32,000 bases of DNA from Candidatus Electronema aureum (GCA_004284765.1 NQJD01000009.1:30001-62000), one strand, 5' to 3'; positions 6,838 through 15,089 are shown, numbered from the stretch's first letter. Program-made: numbers and translations. Notes: a model not told the origin generated them from the letters alone.

Positions 6838-8610
6838 ATGACTGACAAGGGAACTCGGCCCGCAGCAGCGGCGGAAGAAAGTGGCATGGAAGATATCAGC
6901 TTTGCTGAACTCTTCGAGCAGGAAGACAACAACACGGTGATCACCGTCCAAGAGGTCGCCATGGGCACTGTGGTCGGAGTCAACGCCGACGCAGTGTTGA
7001 TCGACGTGGGCGACAAGGCGGAAAGCTACATCCCGATCGGAGAGTTCCGCACCGACGATCCGAACCGCGTGATCAAACTCGGCGATAAGTTTGAAGTCTT
7101 CATCGAAAAAAGAAAGGAGGAGGGCGGCCTGCTGCTTTCCCGCGAGAAGGCCATTGCCATCAAAGTCTGGGAAGAAATCGCCAGGATTCAGGAGGAAGAC
7201 CTCACCATCTTGGGCCGAGTTGATAGTCGGGTTAAGGGTGGTATGTCCGTTGATATCGGCGTGCCCGCCTTCTTGCCCTACTCGCAGATCGACCTGCGTC
7301 CGGTCAAGGATATGGATGAGCTGATCGGTCAGAGCTTTGAGTTCAAGATACTCAAGTTCAACCGCAAGCGGAATAACGTGGTCATCTCCCGCCGGGCTAT
7401 TCTGGAGGAGCAGCGGGCCAAACTGCGCGAGCAAATGCGTTCCACCCTCAAAGAAGGCCAGACGGTAATCGGCGCGATCACCAACATCACCGATTACGGC
7501 CTGTTCATTGATCTGGGCGGCATGGACGGTCTTTGTCATATTACCGACTTGTCGTGGGGCCGTGTTTCTCATCCTTCCAAGCTTTACGCTGTGGGTGAGG
7601 AAATCGAGGTCAAAATTCTCAAGTACGACCAAGATTCCGACCGCGTTTCCTTGGGCATCAAGCAGCTTCGTCAAGACCCTTGGGAGACCGTGCCGCAAAA
7701 GTATCCGTCAGGAGCAAAAGTAGTTGGTAAGGTGGTCTCCATTACTGATTACGGTGCCTTTGTTGAGCTGGAAGAAGGCGTTGAGGGCTTGGTCCACATC
7801 TCCGAAATGAGCTGGTCTAAGAAGCCACGCCATCCTTCTCGGATTGTCAGTGTTGGCTCAGAAATTGAAGTGCAAGTGCTGAAAGTTGAGGCCGAAACCA
7901 AGCGCATTTCGTTGGGCATGAAGCAACTCCAGCCTAATCCTTGGGACGTGGTTGAGGAAAGCTATCCCATCGGTGCAATCATTGAAGGTAAGATCAAAAA
8001 CATCACTGACTTTGGTATCTTCATTGGTATTGAAGAGGGCATTGATGGTTTGATCCATGTTTCCGATCTATCTTGGACTGAGCGGATTAAACATCCTTCT
8101 GAAAAGTACGCCAAGGGCGATTCGATTCAGGCCGTTGTTCTCAAAATTGACAAGGATAACGAGCGGTTCTCCTTGGGTGTCAAGCAGCTGAAGCCCGATC
8201 CTTGGCAGGCTGCCTTCAATAATTACCCCATCGGCAGCTTTGTTGAAGGTACCATCACCAACGTGACTGATTTCGGCATTTTTGTTCAGCTGGAAGAAGG
8301 CATTGAAGGTTTGGTGCATGTATCCGAGATCAGCAAAGACAAGGTCAAAACTCCAGTCGGTAATTTTAACATCGGCGACATACTGAAGACTATGGTCATC
8401 AATGTGTCCTCCGAAGACCGTAAAATCGGCCTCTCGCTGAAGTCTTTGGAAGAGGACGAAAAAGGGAGCAGCACCAGCAACAACAGCGGGGCTAATGCTC
8501 CTACTCCAACTGGGACTGACGAGGCAGTGTTGAAGGCACAGAAGGGTTCTGGACCTTCAACCTTTGGCGACTTACTCAAGGCCGCAGCAGCCTCCGCAGA
8601 CGGAGAATAG
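6838..8610 (+). CDS. rpsA: 30S ribosomal protein S1
   Basis: Repeated S1 motifs are present, e.g. ITDYGLFIDLGGMDGLCHITDLSW, ITDYGAFVELEEGVEGLVHISEMSW, ITDFGIFIGIEEGIDGLIHVSDLSW and VTDFGIFVQLEEGIEGLVHVSEIS. An alternative start is ATG 6886 (MEDISFAELF). Confidence 0.95.
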   Translation: MTDKGTRPAAAAEESGMEDISFAELFEQEDNNTVITVQEVAMGTVVGVNADAVLIDVGDKAESYIPIGEFRTDDPNRVIKLGDKFEVFIEKRKEEGGLLLSREKAIAIKVWEEIARIQEEDLTILGRVDSRVKGGMSVDIGVPAFLPYSQIDLRPVKDMDELIGQSFEFKILKFNRKRNNVVISRRAILEEQRAKLREQMRSTLKEGQTVIGAITNITDYGLFIDLGGMDGLCHITDLSWGRVSHPSKLYAVGEEIEVKILKYDQDSDRVSLGIKQLRQDPWETVPQKYPSGAKVVGKVVSITDYGAFVELEEGVEGLVHISEMSWSKKPRHPSRIVSVGSEIEVQVLKVEAETKRISLGMKQLQPNPWDVVEESYPIGAIIEGKIKNITDFGIFIGIEEGIDGLIHVSDLSWTERIKHPSEKYAKGDSIQAVVLKIDKDNERFSLGVKQLKPDPWQAAFNNYPIGSFVEGTITNVTDFGIFVQLEEGIEGLVHVSEISKDKVKTPVGNFNIGDILKTMVINVSSEDRKIGLSLKSLEEDEKGSSTSNNSGANAPTPTGTDEAVLKAQKGSGPSTFGDLLKAAAASADGE

Positions 8611-8641
8611 CGGTAGCGCATCGTTTTTCGCGTATTAACAG

Positions 8642-8684
8642 AAGGGTCCAGCTTCCTGCGCTGCGGGAAGCTGCGACCCTTTTC
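8642..8684 (+). terminator. Rho-independent terminator or attenuator after rpsA
   Basis: A long stem is formed by AAGGGTC-CAGCTTCC (8642-8656) pairing with GGAAGCTG-c-GACCCTT (8666-8681), followed by TTTT. A second perfect 8-bp hairpin, GCGACCGC/GCGGTCGC, lies at 8694-8719. Confidence 0.65.
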
Positions 8685-8745
8685 TGCATTTCAGCGACCG
8701 CCGAATGCGCTGCGGTCGCGCATATCAACAAGGATTAAAACAATC

Positions 8746-9033
8746 ATGCTCAAGCGTGAACTGATAAGCGAGGCTGCCGGGCAGCTCGATGAATACTACA
8801 AACAGGATGTCGCCCAAGCACTTGATGTCATTCTGGAAGAAATCACTCAGGCTTTGACTGACGGTAGGCGGGTGGAAATTCGCGGCTTTGGCAGTTTTTC
8901 TGTCCGCACCCGTAGGCCTCGGACGACCAAAAATCCGAAAACCGGCAGAATGATGGATATTCCGTCCCGAAAAACCCTGCATTTCACTATGAGCAAATCA
9001 CTCAAAGAAGTCCTGATCGAAGACGAGCAATAA
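8746..9033 (+). CDS. ihfB: Integration host factor beta subunit (HU/IHF family)
   Basis: RRVEIRGFGSFSVRTRRPRTTKNPKTG matches the IHF-beta arm. The rpsA-ihfB order is a conserved synteny (as in E. coli). Confidence 0.85.
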   Translation: MLKRELISEAAGQLDEYYKQDVAQALDVILEEITQALTDGRRVEIRGFGSFSVRTRRPRTTKNPKTGRMMDIPSRKTLHFTMSKSLKEVLIEDEQ

Positions 9034-9060
9034 AAACAGGAAACGCTGGAGCATGTACAG

Positions 9061-9092
9061 GCCGGTTCGCCACAACAGGCGACCGGCTTTTT
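9061..9092 (+). terminator. Rho-independent terminator after ihfB, abutting the 3' end of the convergent tsaC
   Basis: The stem GCCGGT(t)CGCC (9061-9071) pairs with GGCGACCGGC (9078-9087), followed by TTTTT (9088-9092). Confidence 0.75.
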
Positions 9093-9093
9093 A

Positions 9094-9720
9094 TCATGCC
9101 TGTTTTTCCATAAAAGGTGTAATATCACCTTTACCTTCCCGCAGAATTTCAGGCAGTTCTTCGACCAAAGAAATTACCGTTGACGGTTCAGGGAAAACCT
9201 CGCCGCCATCGATAATCAAATCCACCATGCTGCCGAACAGTTCTTCTACGGCAAAACCATCTATTGGAGCTTCACGGTCTTCCCGCAGGGCACTGGTGTT
9301 CAGCACTGGATTACCCAGTTGCTCAATCAAAGCAAGACAGATCGGCGACTGCGGCAGGCGAATACCCACGGTTTTTTGCTTGGTCAGCATGATTTTTGGT
9401 ACTAATTTAGAACCGGGCAGCACCATCGTGTAAGGGCCAGGCAGATGCTTGCGCAGCAATCGGTAAGCCGGGCTGCTGACATGGGCATATTGGCTGATGT
9501 CCGTCAACGAGGCGCACATGAAGGAAAAGGGCTTGTGCTGGGGTCGCTGCCTGATTTCATGCACCCGCTTGACCGCCTTTTGATTAAAAATATCGCAGCC
9601 AATACCGTACATGGTATCGGTTGGATAACAGATCACGCCACCTTTTTTCAAAACATCCACAGCCATACCGATCAGCCGCTGTTGCGGGTTAACCGGATTG
9701 ATCTCAATGTATTTTACCAT
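9094..9720 (-). CDS. tsaC: L-threonylcarbamoyladenylate synthase (YrdC/TsaC/Sua5 family)
   Basis: Motifs VICYPTDTMYGIGCD, KPFSFMC and GNPVLNTSA. ATG 9720 is preceded by GGGAAGG. The longest ORF (9807) adds 29 unsupported residues. Confidence 0.85.
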   Translation of the reverse strand: MVKYIEINPVNPQQRLIGMAVDVLKKGGVICYPTDTMYGIGCDIFNQKAVKRVHEIRQRPQHKPFSFMCASLTDISQYAHVSSPAYRLLRKHLPGPYTMVLPGSKLVPKIMLTKQKTVGIRLPQSPICLALIEQLGNPVLNTSALREDREAPIDGFAVEELFGSMVDLIIDGGEVFPEPSTVISLVEELPEILREGKGDITPFMEKQA

Positions 9721-9856
9721 TTTTTTGCCTTCCCTAAATCCTCTTGATTTGCCTGCGCAGACATTGTACACAGAAGAATTCCAATGGACAACCTCGGCTT
9801 TACTCATAGTAACTGCAAACGCAAGGAAATTTTTCCGAACTTTGCCGGAATGCTGC

Positions 9857-9885
9857 TTGTTTCAAAAAATAAAATACCCTATAAT
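9857..9885 (+). promoter_or_regulatory. Candidate sigma70-type promoter of the E2-like gene
   Basis: TTGTTT (9857-9862), a 17-nt spacer, then a perfect TATAAT (9880-9885). Confidence 0.5.
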
Positions 9886-9898
9886 ATTTTTTACCAGC

Positions 9899-9918
9899 CG
9901 AGATGCAGCTGCATCTCG
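9899..9918. promoter_or_regulatory. Perfect 20-bp palindrome in the leader of the E2-like gene (operator or 5'-UTR hairpin)
   Basis: CGAGATGCAG|CTGCATCTCG reads identically on both strands. It lies 14 nt downstream of the -10 and 31 nt upstream of the ATG. Confidence 0.5.
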
Positions 9919-9949
9919 CAAGACTGATTTTATCTTTTAGCAGAAAAAA

Positions 9950-12601
9950 ATGGCTTCACAGAACGACCAGCGTGCCACCGATTTCGAGGAAGTCAAACGA
10001 ATCCTTGAACAACAACCGCGCATTACCTTAATGCAGACGGAAGGCGAGCCGCCTGATTGCTACGAAATTGAATACCGACTGGCTGGAATGGTGCGGGATG
10101 CTGACGGGACTATCCGTAAGGCTTCTCAGCATGTGGTTCTCATCACTCTGCCCTTTGGCTATCCTCATTTTCCGCCCACTGTTAAGCCGCTGACTCCACT
10201 TTTTCATCCTGATATTGATCCAGATGCAGTACGCATTTCTTCACACTGGCAACAAAGTCCTTCTTTAGCCAAGCTCATTGTTCAAGTCGGCGAGATGATT
10301 TGTGGTAAAAACTACAATCTCGAAGACCCCTTTAATCAGGAAGCAGCAGACTGGTATGCCCAACACGCTACCGAATTGCCACTTGACAGCTTAGAAGTGG
10401 CGAGCGATGAATCAATTGACGAATTTGATCTGGGACTTGATGATCTTGATTTGGGGCCGACAGGAGGAACCACTGAGGAGCAGTCCTTCGAGCTATCTTT
10501 GGAGTTAGAGTCACCGCAGGCTGTTCATGATGTTTTGGCCGATGCTTCTGCTGATCATCAAGAAGGCGGAACAGGAGGGCTATCGCTGGAACTGGAATCT
10601 TCATCGACAACACTTGAGGAAGATTTTGATCTTGGCGTAGAGGATGGGCAAGAGGATGATCTGTCCTTAGATATCGGTGAACCAGAAAAACCGCCGCAGG
10701 TTGTTCAACAGGATTTTGGGCCAAAGCTGAAGGAAATTCGCTCGCATATTGATCGAAAGGAAATATTTATCGCCGCGCGGCTGCTGAAAGAAGTTCCTGC
10801 GCTCCCGGAAACGGAGATACTCAAGAAGAAGGTCAAGGCCGCGCAAGATAAGTGCGATGAATTACTCCAGAACATGAAGGTGCTGGAGGATGAGGACAAT
10901 TTTGCGGCAGCGCAAGAGGTATTTACCCAGCTCAAGACCGTGGCGGTGGACACACCCGGTTTAGCTGAAATAGGCAGACGCTTGCAGCAGTCGCAGTCCA
11001 TGCTCGATACTTTTGCCCTAACCAAAGAAAAAACCGAGCCGGAAACCGAGCTGCCCGGCGCAGAAAAAAAGAAAAAAAAATCTGCCAAAGAAACACCACC
11101 TCCTCTGCCTAAACTAAAGGAAAAACCTGCCGAGCCGAAGGAAAAGAAAGAGGTTATTAAAACCAAATCGAGGATTATCCGAGCAGCGCAGCAGAATGTG
11201 CCGGTCGCGCCTTTTGCTGTTGCCGCTGCGGTAGCTGCGGTAATCATCGTAGGTGGGCTGGTTTACACCAGAGATAGCAACACTCTCTTAGAAGCGCAGC
11301 GCGATTGGCAGGAAGCCCAAGGTCTTGTCAAGCAAAAGAATTTTCCCCAAGCAGAGGCCAAAATCAACATCGCTTCTGCGGCACTGAAAACGGTACTCAC
11401 TCCTTTGCCGGAAAAAAGCCGAATCAAGACTGAAATTGCTGCATTATTTGCCAATGAGGACTTTCAGCGCGGATTGAAAAATGAGGCCAAGTATAAAGAT
11501 CAGTATCTACCGCTTCAAGAGGTCAAGGCGCGCGAGCAGTTAGACAAGATGACCACCCAAGCCGAGGCGTTAAAAGCAAACAGCGTCAGCGATGCCGCAG
11601 CTGCTTACGAAAAAGCCCAGTCTTTTGCCGCTGAAAGCGGATTAGTCGTCGAAGCGGAGCAGTTGAAAGAGCGCGTGCATCAATTGCGGATGAAAGAGGC
11701 GTTGGTCAATGCCGGACGGGCAGAAACTGCTGGAGAGTGGGAAAACGCGGCCAAAACTTATCAGCAGGCTTTAGAAATTGCCCAAACCTTGACAGATGAC
11801 AAGGAAAAAGAGGCCATCAGCAAGAGATTAGCCGCTGCTGCCTTCAACCGCGAATTAGATCAGTCCAAAAAAAGTTTCACCGGCTCGCAGTGGCAGCAGA
11901 CCATTGAAATGCTGGAACGGGCGAAAAAATTACTGGAGCAGAATCCAGAAACTGCTACGGTTGAACGGCGGCAGGAGTTAGAGCGACTTTTGGCCAAGTC
12001 TCGTTTGCATCAGGTGCTTTCGACAGCGCGGCAGGCTTATGACAGCGGTGATACCGCTACCGCAGTGAGAGGCTACCGGCAGTCACTGGCTTTGCTCACG
12101 AACCAGCTGTCATTGTTCGACGAAACAGACCGCAACGCTGCCCATTCAATCAGCAGAACCATCACCATGATTGAAATCGGCGGTGAGCTGAACGCAGCAG
12201 TGACAGCGGAAAACCAGAAGGAGTTGACCGATGCGCTTCGCCATTATCGGGCTATTCAAAATCTTTTCAACACGCCCGGATTAACTAAGGATTCCAGCCT
12301 GCTGACATTGGAGGAAAATGTCAATGCCAAAGTCAGCAGCCTGAGTAGCGAAGCAGGCATGAAGCGAAAGACTGCGTGGTTGAACCGAAATTTTAGACGC
12401 ATCTTTATGGAAGTTTATCCAAATTCACGTCCAACTGATCTCAGCAATCCAAATCTCAGCTTGGTCAAAAAAGTTGGCAATCAAGAAATCTACAAACTGA
12501 CCTGCACCGAGCGAAGCAGAGGCAGCGCGTATCAACTTGAACTTATTTATCTCTACGACCCAGTTGCCGATCAGTGGATAGCCTACCGGGGCGTGCTGTG
12601 A
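9950..12601 (+). CDS. Single-pass membrane protein: N-terminal E2/UEV-like (UBC-fold, no catalytic Cys) domain, acidic repeat region, coiled coil, Lys-rich segment, TM helix, and a long helical (TPR-like) C-terminal region
   Basis: HVVLITLPFGYPHFPPTVKPLTPLFHPDIDPDAVRISSHWQQSPSLAKLIVQVGEMICGKNYNLEDPFNQEAADWY aligns by eye with the E2 core ([41 protein letters not shown].L......L..I..LL..PNPDDPL..EAA..Y). The TM helix is PFAVAAAVAAVIIVGGLVY (about nt 11198..11268). Confidence 0.8.
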   Translation: MASQNDQRATDFEEVKRILEQQPRITLMQTEGEPPDCYEIEYRLAGMVRDADGTIRKASQHVVLITLPFGYPHFPPTVKPLTPLFHPDIDPDAVRISSHWQQSPSLAKLIVQVGEMICGKNYNLEDPFNQEAADWYAQHATELPLDSLEVASDESIDEFDLGLDDLDLGPTGGTTEEQSFELSLELESPQAVHDVLADASADHQEGGTGGLSLELESSSTTLEEDFDLGVEDGQEDDLSLDIGEPEKPPQVVQQDFGPKLKEIRSHIDRKEIFIAARLLKEVPALPETEILKKKVKAAQDKCDELLQNMKVLEDEDNFAAAQEVFTQLKTVAVDTPGLAEIGRRLQQSQSMLDTFALTKEKTEPETELPGAEKKKKKSAKETPPPLPKLKEKPAEPKEKKEVIKTKSRIIRAAQQNVPVAPFAVAAAVAAVIIVGGLVYTRDSNTLLEAQRDWQEAQGLVKQKNFPQAEAKINIASAALKTVLTPLPEKSRIKTEIAALFANEDFQRGLKNEAKYKDQYLPLQEVKAREQLDKMTTQAEALKANSVSDAAAAYEKAQSFAAESGLVVEAEQLKERVHQLRMKEALVNAGRAETAGEWENAAKTYQQALEIAQTLTDDKEKEAISKRLAAAAFNRELDQSKKSFTGSQWQQTIEMLERAKKLLEQNPETATVERRQELERLLAKSRLHQVLSTARQAYDSGDTATAVRGYRQSLALLTNQLSLFDETDRNAAHSISRTITMIEIGGELNAAVTAENQKELTDALRHYRAIQNLFNTPGLTKDSSLLTLEENVNAKVSSLSSEAGMKRKTAWLNRNFRRIFMEVYPNSRPTDLSNPNLSLVKKVGNQEIYKLTCTERSRGSAYQLELIYLYDPVADQWIAYRGVL

Positions 12602-12852
12602 TGGTGGTGGTGATGCTCATGCCCCGGCGCAGCTAAGGGGCCGCCTGCTTTATGCAGAGCTTCCGTCAAAGCGTGTTGCGCGGCCTGAAGAGCTTCCACC
12701 GCGCTGCGCAAAAGGGCGGTTGTTTCTGGTGATTCGGCAGCCAACTTGTCTGCCCATTGCAGGAATTCTGTGCTATGACCTTGATTATGCTCAAGCCAAT
12801 GCGGCAGTAGCACCCGTACTTTGTCCAGATTATTCATCATTTGCTCCTTCAT
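12583..12852 (-). CDS. Small helical protein with a C-terminal poly-His tail (putative metal-binding partner of CooT)
   Basis: 89 aa with the motif HWLEHNQGH and the tail PGHEHHHHHHSTPR. Its start overlaps the CooT-like stop by 4 nt (12849-12852). Its 3' end overlaps the convergent 883-aa gene by 19 nt. Confidence 0.65.
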   Translation of the reverse strand: MKEQMMNNLDKVRVLLPHWLEHNQGHSTEFLQWADKLAAESPETTALLRSAVEALQAAQHALTEALHKAGGPLAAPGHEHHHHHHSTPR

Positions 12853-13052
12853 GTTGTTTTTTCTTCGCTGATGAGCAGAATCGCACCGGTCAGCAGGCTG
12901 ATGCTTCTGACCCGCACCCCCCGCACTGTCATCGGTTCCTCAAAAAAGGTGCTGAGAATCACACCATCCTCAGTCACTTCCACGCCAGTGACCGATTCCA
13001 TCAAGGTTTCGCAGCGATCTCCTCGCTCAAGCACTGCCTTTAGTTGGCACAT
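12849..13052 (-). CDS. cooT: CooT-family nickel-binding protein
   Basis: The 67-aa product MCQLKAVLERGD...VTGVEVTEDGVILSTFFEEPMTVRGVRVRSISLLTGAILLISEE aligns with Rhodospirillum rubrum CooT (MCMAKVVL...VLEVRAEGGAVRVTTLFDEE...RVDLRSGVISLIEE), including Cys2. ATG 13052 is preceded by GGGAGGG. The longest ORF (13139) is an unsupported extension. Confidence 0.85.
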   Translation of the reverse strand: MCQLKAVLERGDRCETLMESVTGVEVTEDGVILSTFFEEPMTVRGVRVRSISLLTGAILLISEEKTT

Positions 13053-13062
13053 TTTTCCCTCC

Positions 13063-14055
13063 TTAAATAAGAAAACGGAACTCGCCCTTGCCGAGTAGAT
13101 CGTGCAAATGCAGCAAACCTTGCACCTTGCCCGCCGCATCAGTCACTGCGAGTACAGTGATATCCTTTTCCTGCATCAGGCTGAGGGCATCAGCAGCCAT
13201 GAGTTCTGGAGTGATCTTGACCGGGCTGGTGGTCATAACCTCAGCGAGATTCATGCAATTCTTTCGCCCTGGTTCGGTCAGCAATTGGCTGCGGATCAGG
13301 CAGCGACGGAGATCACCGTCCGTGATGATGCCACGCAGCTCACGATCAGCAGCTACGACCAGCACTGCACCAAGGTTTTTGCAGTTCAACTCGGTAATTG
13401 CCGCGTCAAGATTAGCTTCTTCGCTGACCATCGGCACCTGTTCACCAATGAGCATGACCTCGCGCACAGCCACCTTGAGGCGTTCGCCCAAACTGCCGCC
13501 GGGATGATTGCGCCGGAAATCCTCCGCCTTGAAGCGGTGCCGCTGGAGCAGGGCCACAGCCAGGGCATCGCCGAGGGCCAAGGTAGCGGTCGTGGAGGTG
13601 GTCGGAGCCAAGCCCAGTGGACAGGCTTCCTTGGGGATTGCGATATTCAGTACCACCGCCGCCTGTTCTGCCAGCGAGGAGCGAGGATTGCCGGTCATGG
13701 CGATCACTGGCACGGTACGTTCTTTCAGACTGGCTAAGAGGCGGTTCAGCTCCGCTGTTTCGCCAGAATAAGAAATCGCCAACACCACGTCTGTTGGGCT
13801 GACCATCCCAAGATCGCCGTGCATCGCCTCGACCGGATGGAGAAAAAACGATGGTGTACCAGTGGAATTAAAGGTAGCCGCCATCTTTTGGCCGACCAGC
13901 CCAGACTTGCCAATGCCAGTGATGATCAGACGGTTCGGCGGGCAAGCCATGATCAGGTCAACCGCTTGGACAAATTCCTGCCCCAGCGCGTCCCGCACGG
14001 CATGAATGCCCTCAGCCTCAATGGTCAACACCTCGCGGGCTTGCTCAACGGTCAT
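13063..14055 (-). CDS. kdsD: Arabinose-5-phosphate isomerase (KpsF/GutQ/KdsD family; SIS domain plus tandem CBS)
   Basis: ITGIGKSGLVGQKMAATFNSTGTPSFFLHPVEAMHGDLGM is the SIS domain motif. The C-terminal CBS pair includes GAVLVV and GIITDGDLRR. Confidence 0.9.
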   Translation of the reverse strand: MTVEQAREVLTIEAEGIHAVRDALGQEFVQAVDLIMACPPNRLIITGIGKSGLVGQKMAATFNSTGTPSFFLHPVEAMHGDLGMVSPTDVVLAISYSGETAELNRLLASLKERTVPVIAMTGNPRSSLAEQAAVVLNIAIPKEACPLGLAPTTSTTATLALGDALAVALLQRHRFKAEDFRRNHPGGSLGERLKVAVREVMLIGEQVPMVSEEANLDAAITELNCKNLGAVLVVAADRELRGIITDGDLRRCLIRSQLLTEPGRKNCMNLAEVMTTSPVKITPELMAADALSLMQEKDITVLAVTDAAGKVQGLLHLHDLLGKGEFRFLI

Positions 14056-15071
14056 ACCTTTTCTCCTGTCAAATCAACGACAATTCGCCCGCGTATCTGG
14101 CCTGCCAGCATTGCATCAACTGCTTCGCTGACCTGATCGAGATCAATGCGGACGCTCAGTTGCTTGAGCGTATCCGGCAAAGCGGTCCGCCACGGCCCGG
14201 CCAATTTTGCCCAAATTTCTTCCCGGCGAGAGAGCGGGCATTCAGCGGAATCAATCCCGACCAAGCTAACCCCACGCAGAATGAAGGGGTAAACGGTCAG
14301 AGGTAGCTCGCCAGAGGCCGCGTTACCGCAGCAAGTGACGATGCCGCCGTATTGCGTGGTTTTGATTGCACCAGCCAAGATTTCGCCGCCCACCGTGTCA
14401 ACCACACCTGCCCAGCGTTCGCGGAGCAAAGCCGCGCTGGCCCGGCCTATGGCCTGTTGGCGATTCAGCACCGCCGTGCAGCCGAGCTGACGGAGGAAGT
14501 CGTGCTCGCTTTCCTTGCCGGTGACAGCGGTGACAGCAAAGCCGAGCTTGGCCAGCAGGGCACAGGCCAGCGAGCCGACCCCGCCGGTCGCGCCAGTAAC
14601 CAGCACCGGCCCTTGCTCAGGCCGCAGGCCAAGGGCCAGCAGCTTGTCCACGCACTGGGCGGCGGTGAAGCCTGCGGTGCCGATCTGCATAGCTTCGTAC
14701 AGCGAGAGCGGCTCCGGCTTGGGCAGCACCCATCCTGCCGGAACGCGGATGTATTCGCCAAAACCGCCGGGCGTGTTCATTCCAAGATCATAGCACATGC
14801 AGACGACTTCGTCGCCCTCGGTAAACTGCGGCACGGTCGAGGCCGCCACTACGCCTACTGCGTCAATGCCCGGCGTGTGTGGATATTTCTTGGTTACACC
14901 TCGGTTGCCGCTGGCGGAAAGGGCATCTTTGTAATTGAGCGAGGAAAAATGCACCCGAATCAGCACGTCGCCGGGTGGCAGATCGGCAATGCGGCGTTCT
15001 TCAACGGCCCGTTGAAAGCTGCCGCCCTCTTCCCGCACGACTAAGGCGCGGAAGGTTGTTGTTTTGTTCAT
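14052..15071 (-). CDS. yhdH: YhdH/AcuI-type NADPH-dependent MDR oxidoreductase (acrylyl-CoA / quinone reductase family)
   Basis: The product is collinear with E. coli YhdH: VHFSSLNYKDALSASG, PGIDAVG, VTGATGGVGS, GGIVTCCGNAASGELPLTVYPFILRGVSLVGIDS and GQIRGRIVVD. Confidence 0.9.
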   Translation of the reverse strand: MNKTTTFRALVVREEGGSFQRAVEERRIADLPPGDVLIRVHFSSLNYKDALSASGNRGVTKKYPHTPGIDAVGVVAASTVPQFTEGDEVVCMCYDLGMNTPGGFGEYIRVPAGWVLPKPEPLSLYEAMQIGTAGFTAAQCVDKLLALGLRPEQGPVLVTGATGGVGSLACALLAKLGFAVTAVTGKESEHDFLRQLGCTAVLNRQQAIGRASAALLRERWAGVVDTVGGEILAGAIKTTQYGGIVTCCGNAASGELPLTVYPFILRGVSLVGIDSAECPLSRREEIWAKLAGPWRTALPDTLKQLSVRIDLDQVSEAVDAMLAGQIRGRIVVDLTGEKV

Positions 15072-15089
15072 GAAGTTAAATGATATTCA

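Noticed and set aside
6793-7698. A 301-aa ORF on the minus strand.
   Set aside because: It is entirely antisense to the unmistakable rpsA gene, and its translation has no recognisable motifs. It is a shadow ORF.
10705-11247. A 180-aa minus-strand ORF inside the E2-like gene.
   Set aside because: It is antisense to a well-supported CDS and its translation is low-complexity (S/F/A-rich). It is a shadow ORF of the Lys/Glu-rich coding strand.
12583-12601. A 19-nt convergent overlap between the 3' ends of the 883-aa gene and the His-tailed protein gene.
   Set aside because: Short convergent 3' overlaps are common in compact genomes. Nothing in the sequence, such as a special structure, indicates a regulatory role.
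13088-15044. Several plus-strand ORFs of 60-230 aa (13088, 13102, 13508, 13819, 14352, 14515).
   Set aside because: All are antisense to kdsD and the yhdH-like gene, in a region of about 65-70% GC where stop codons are rare. The translations are Arg/Ala/Pro-rich without motifs.
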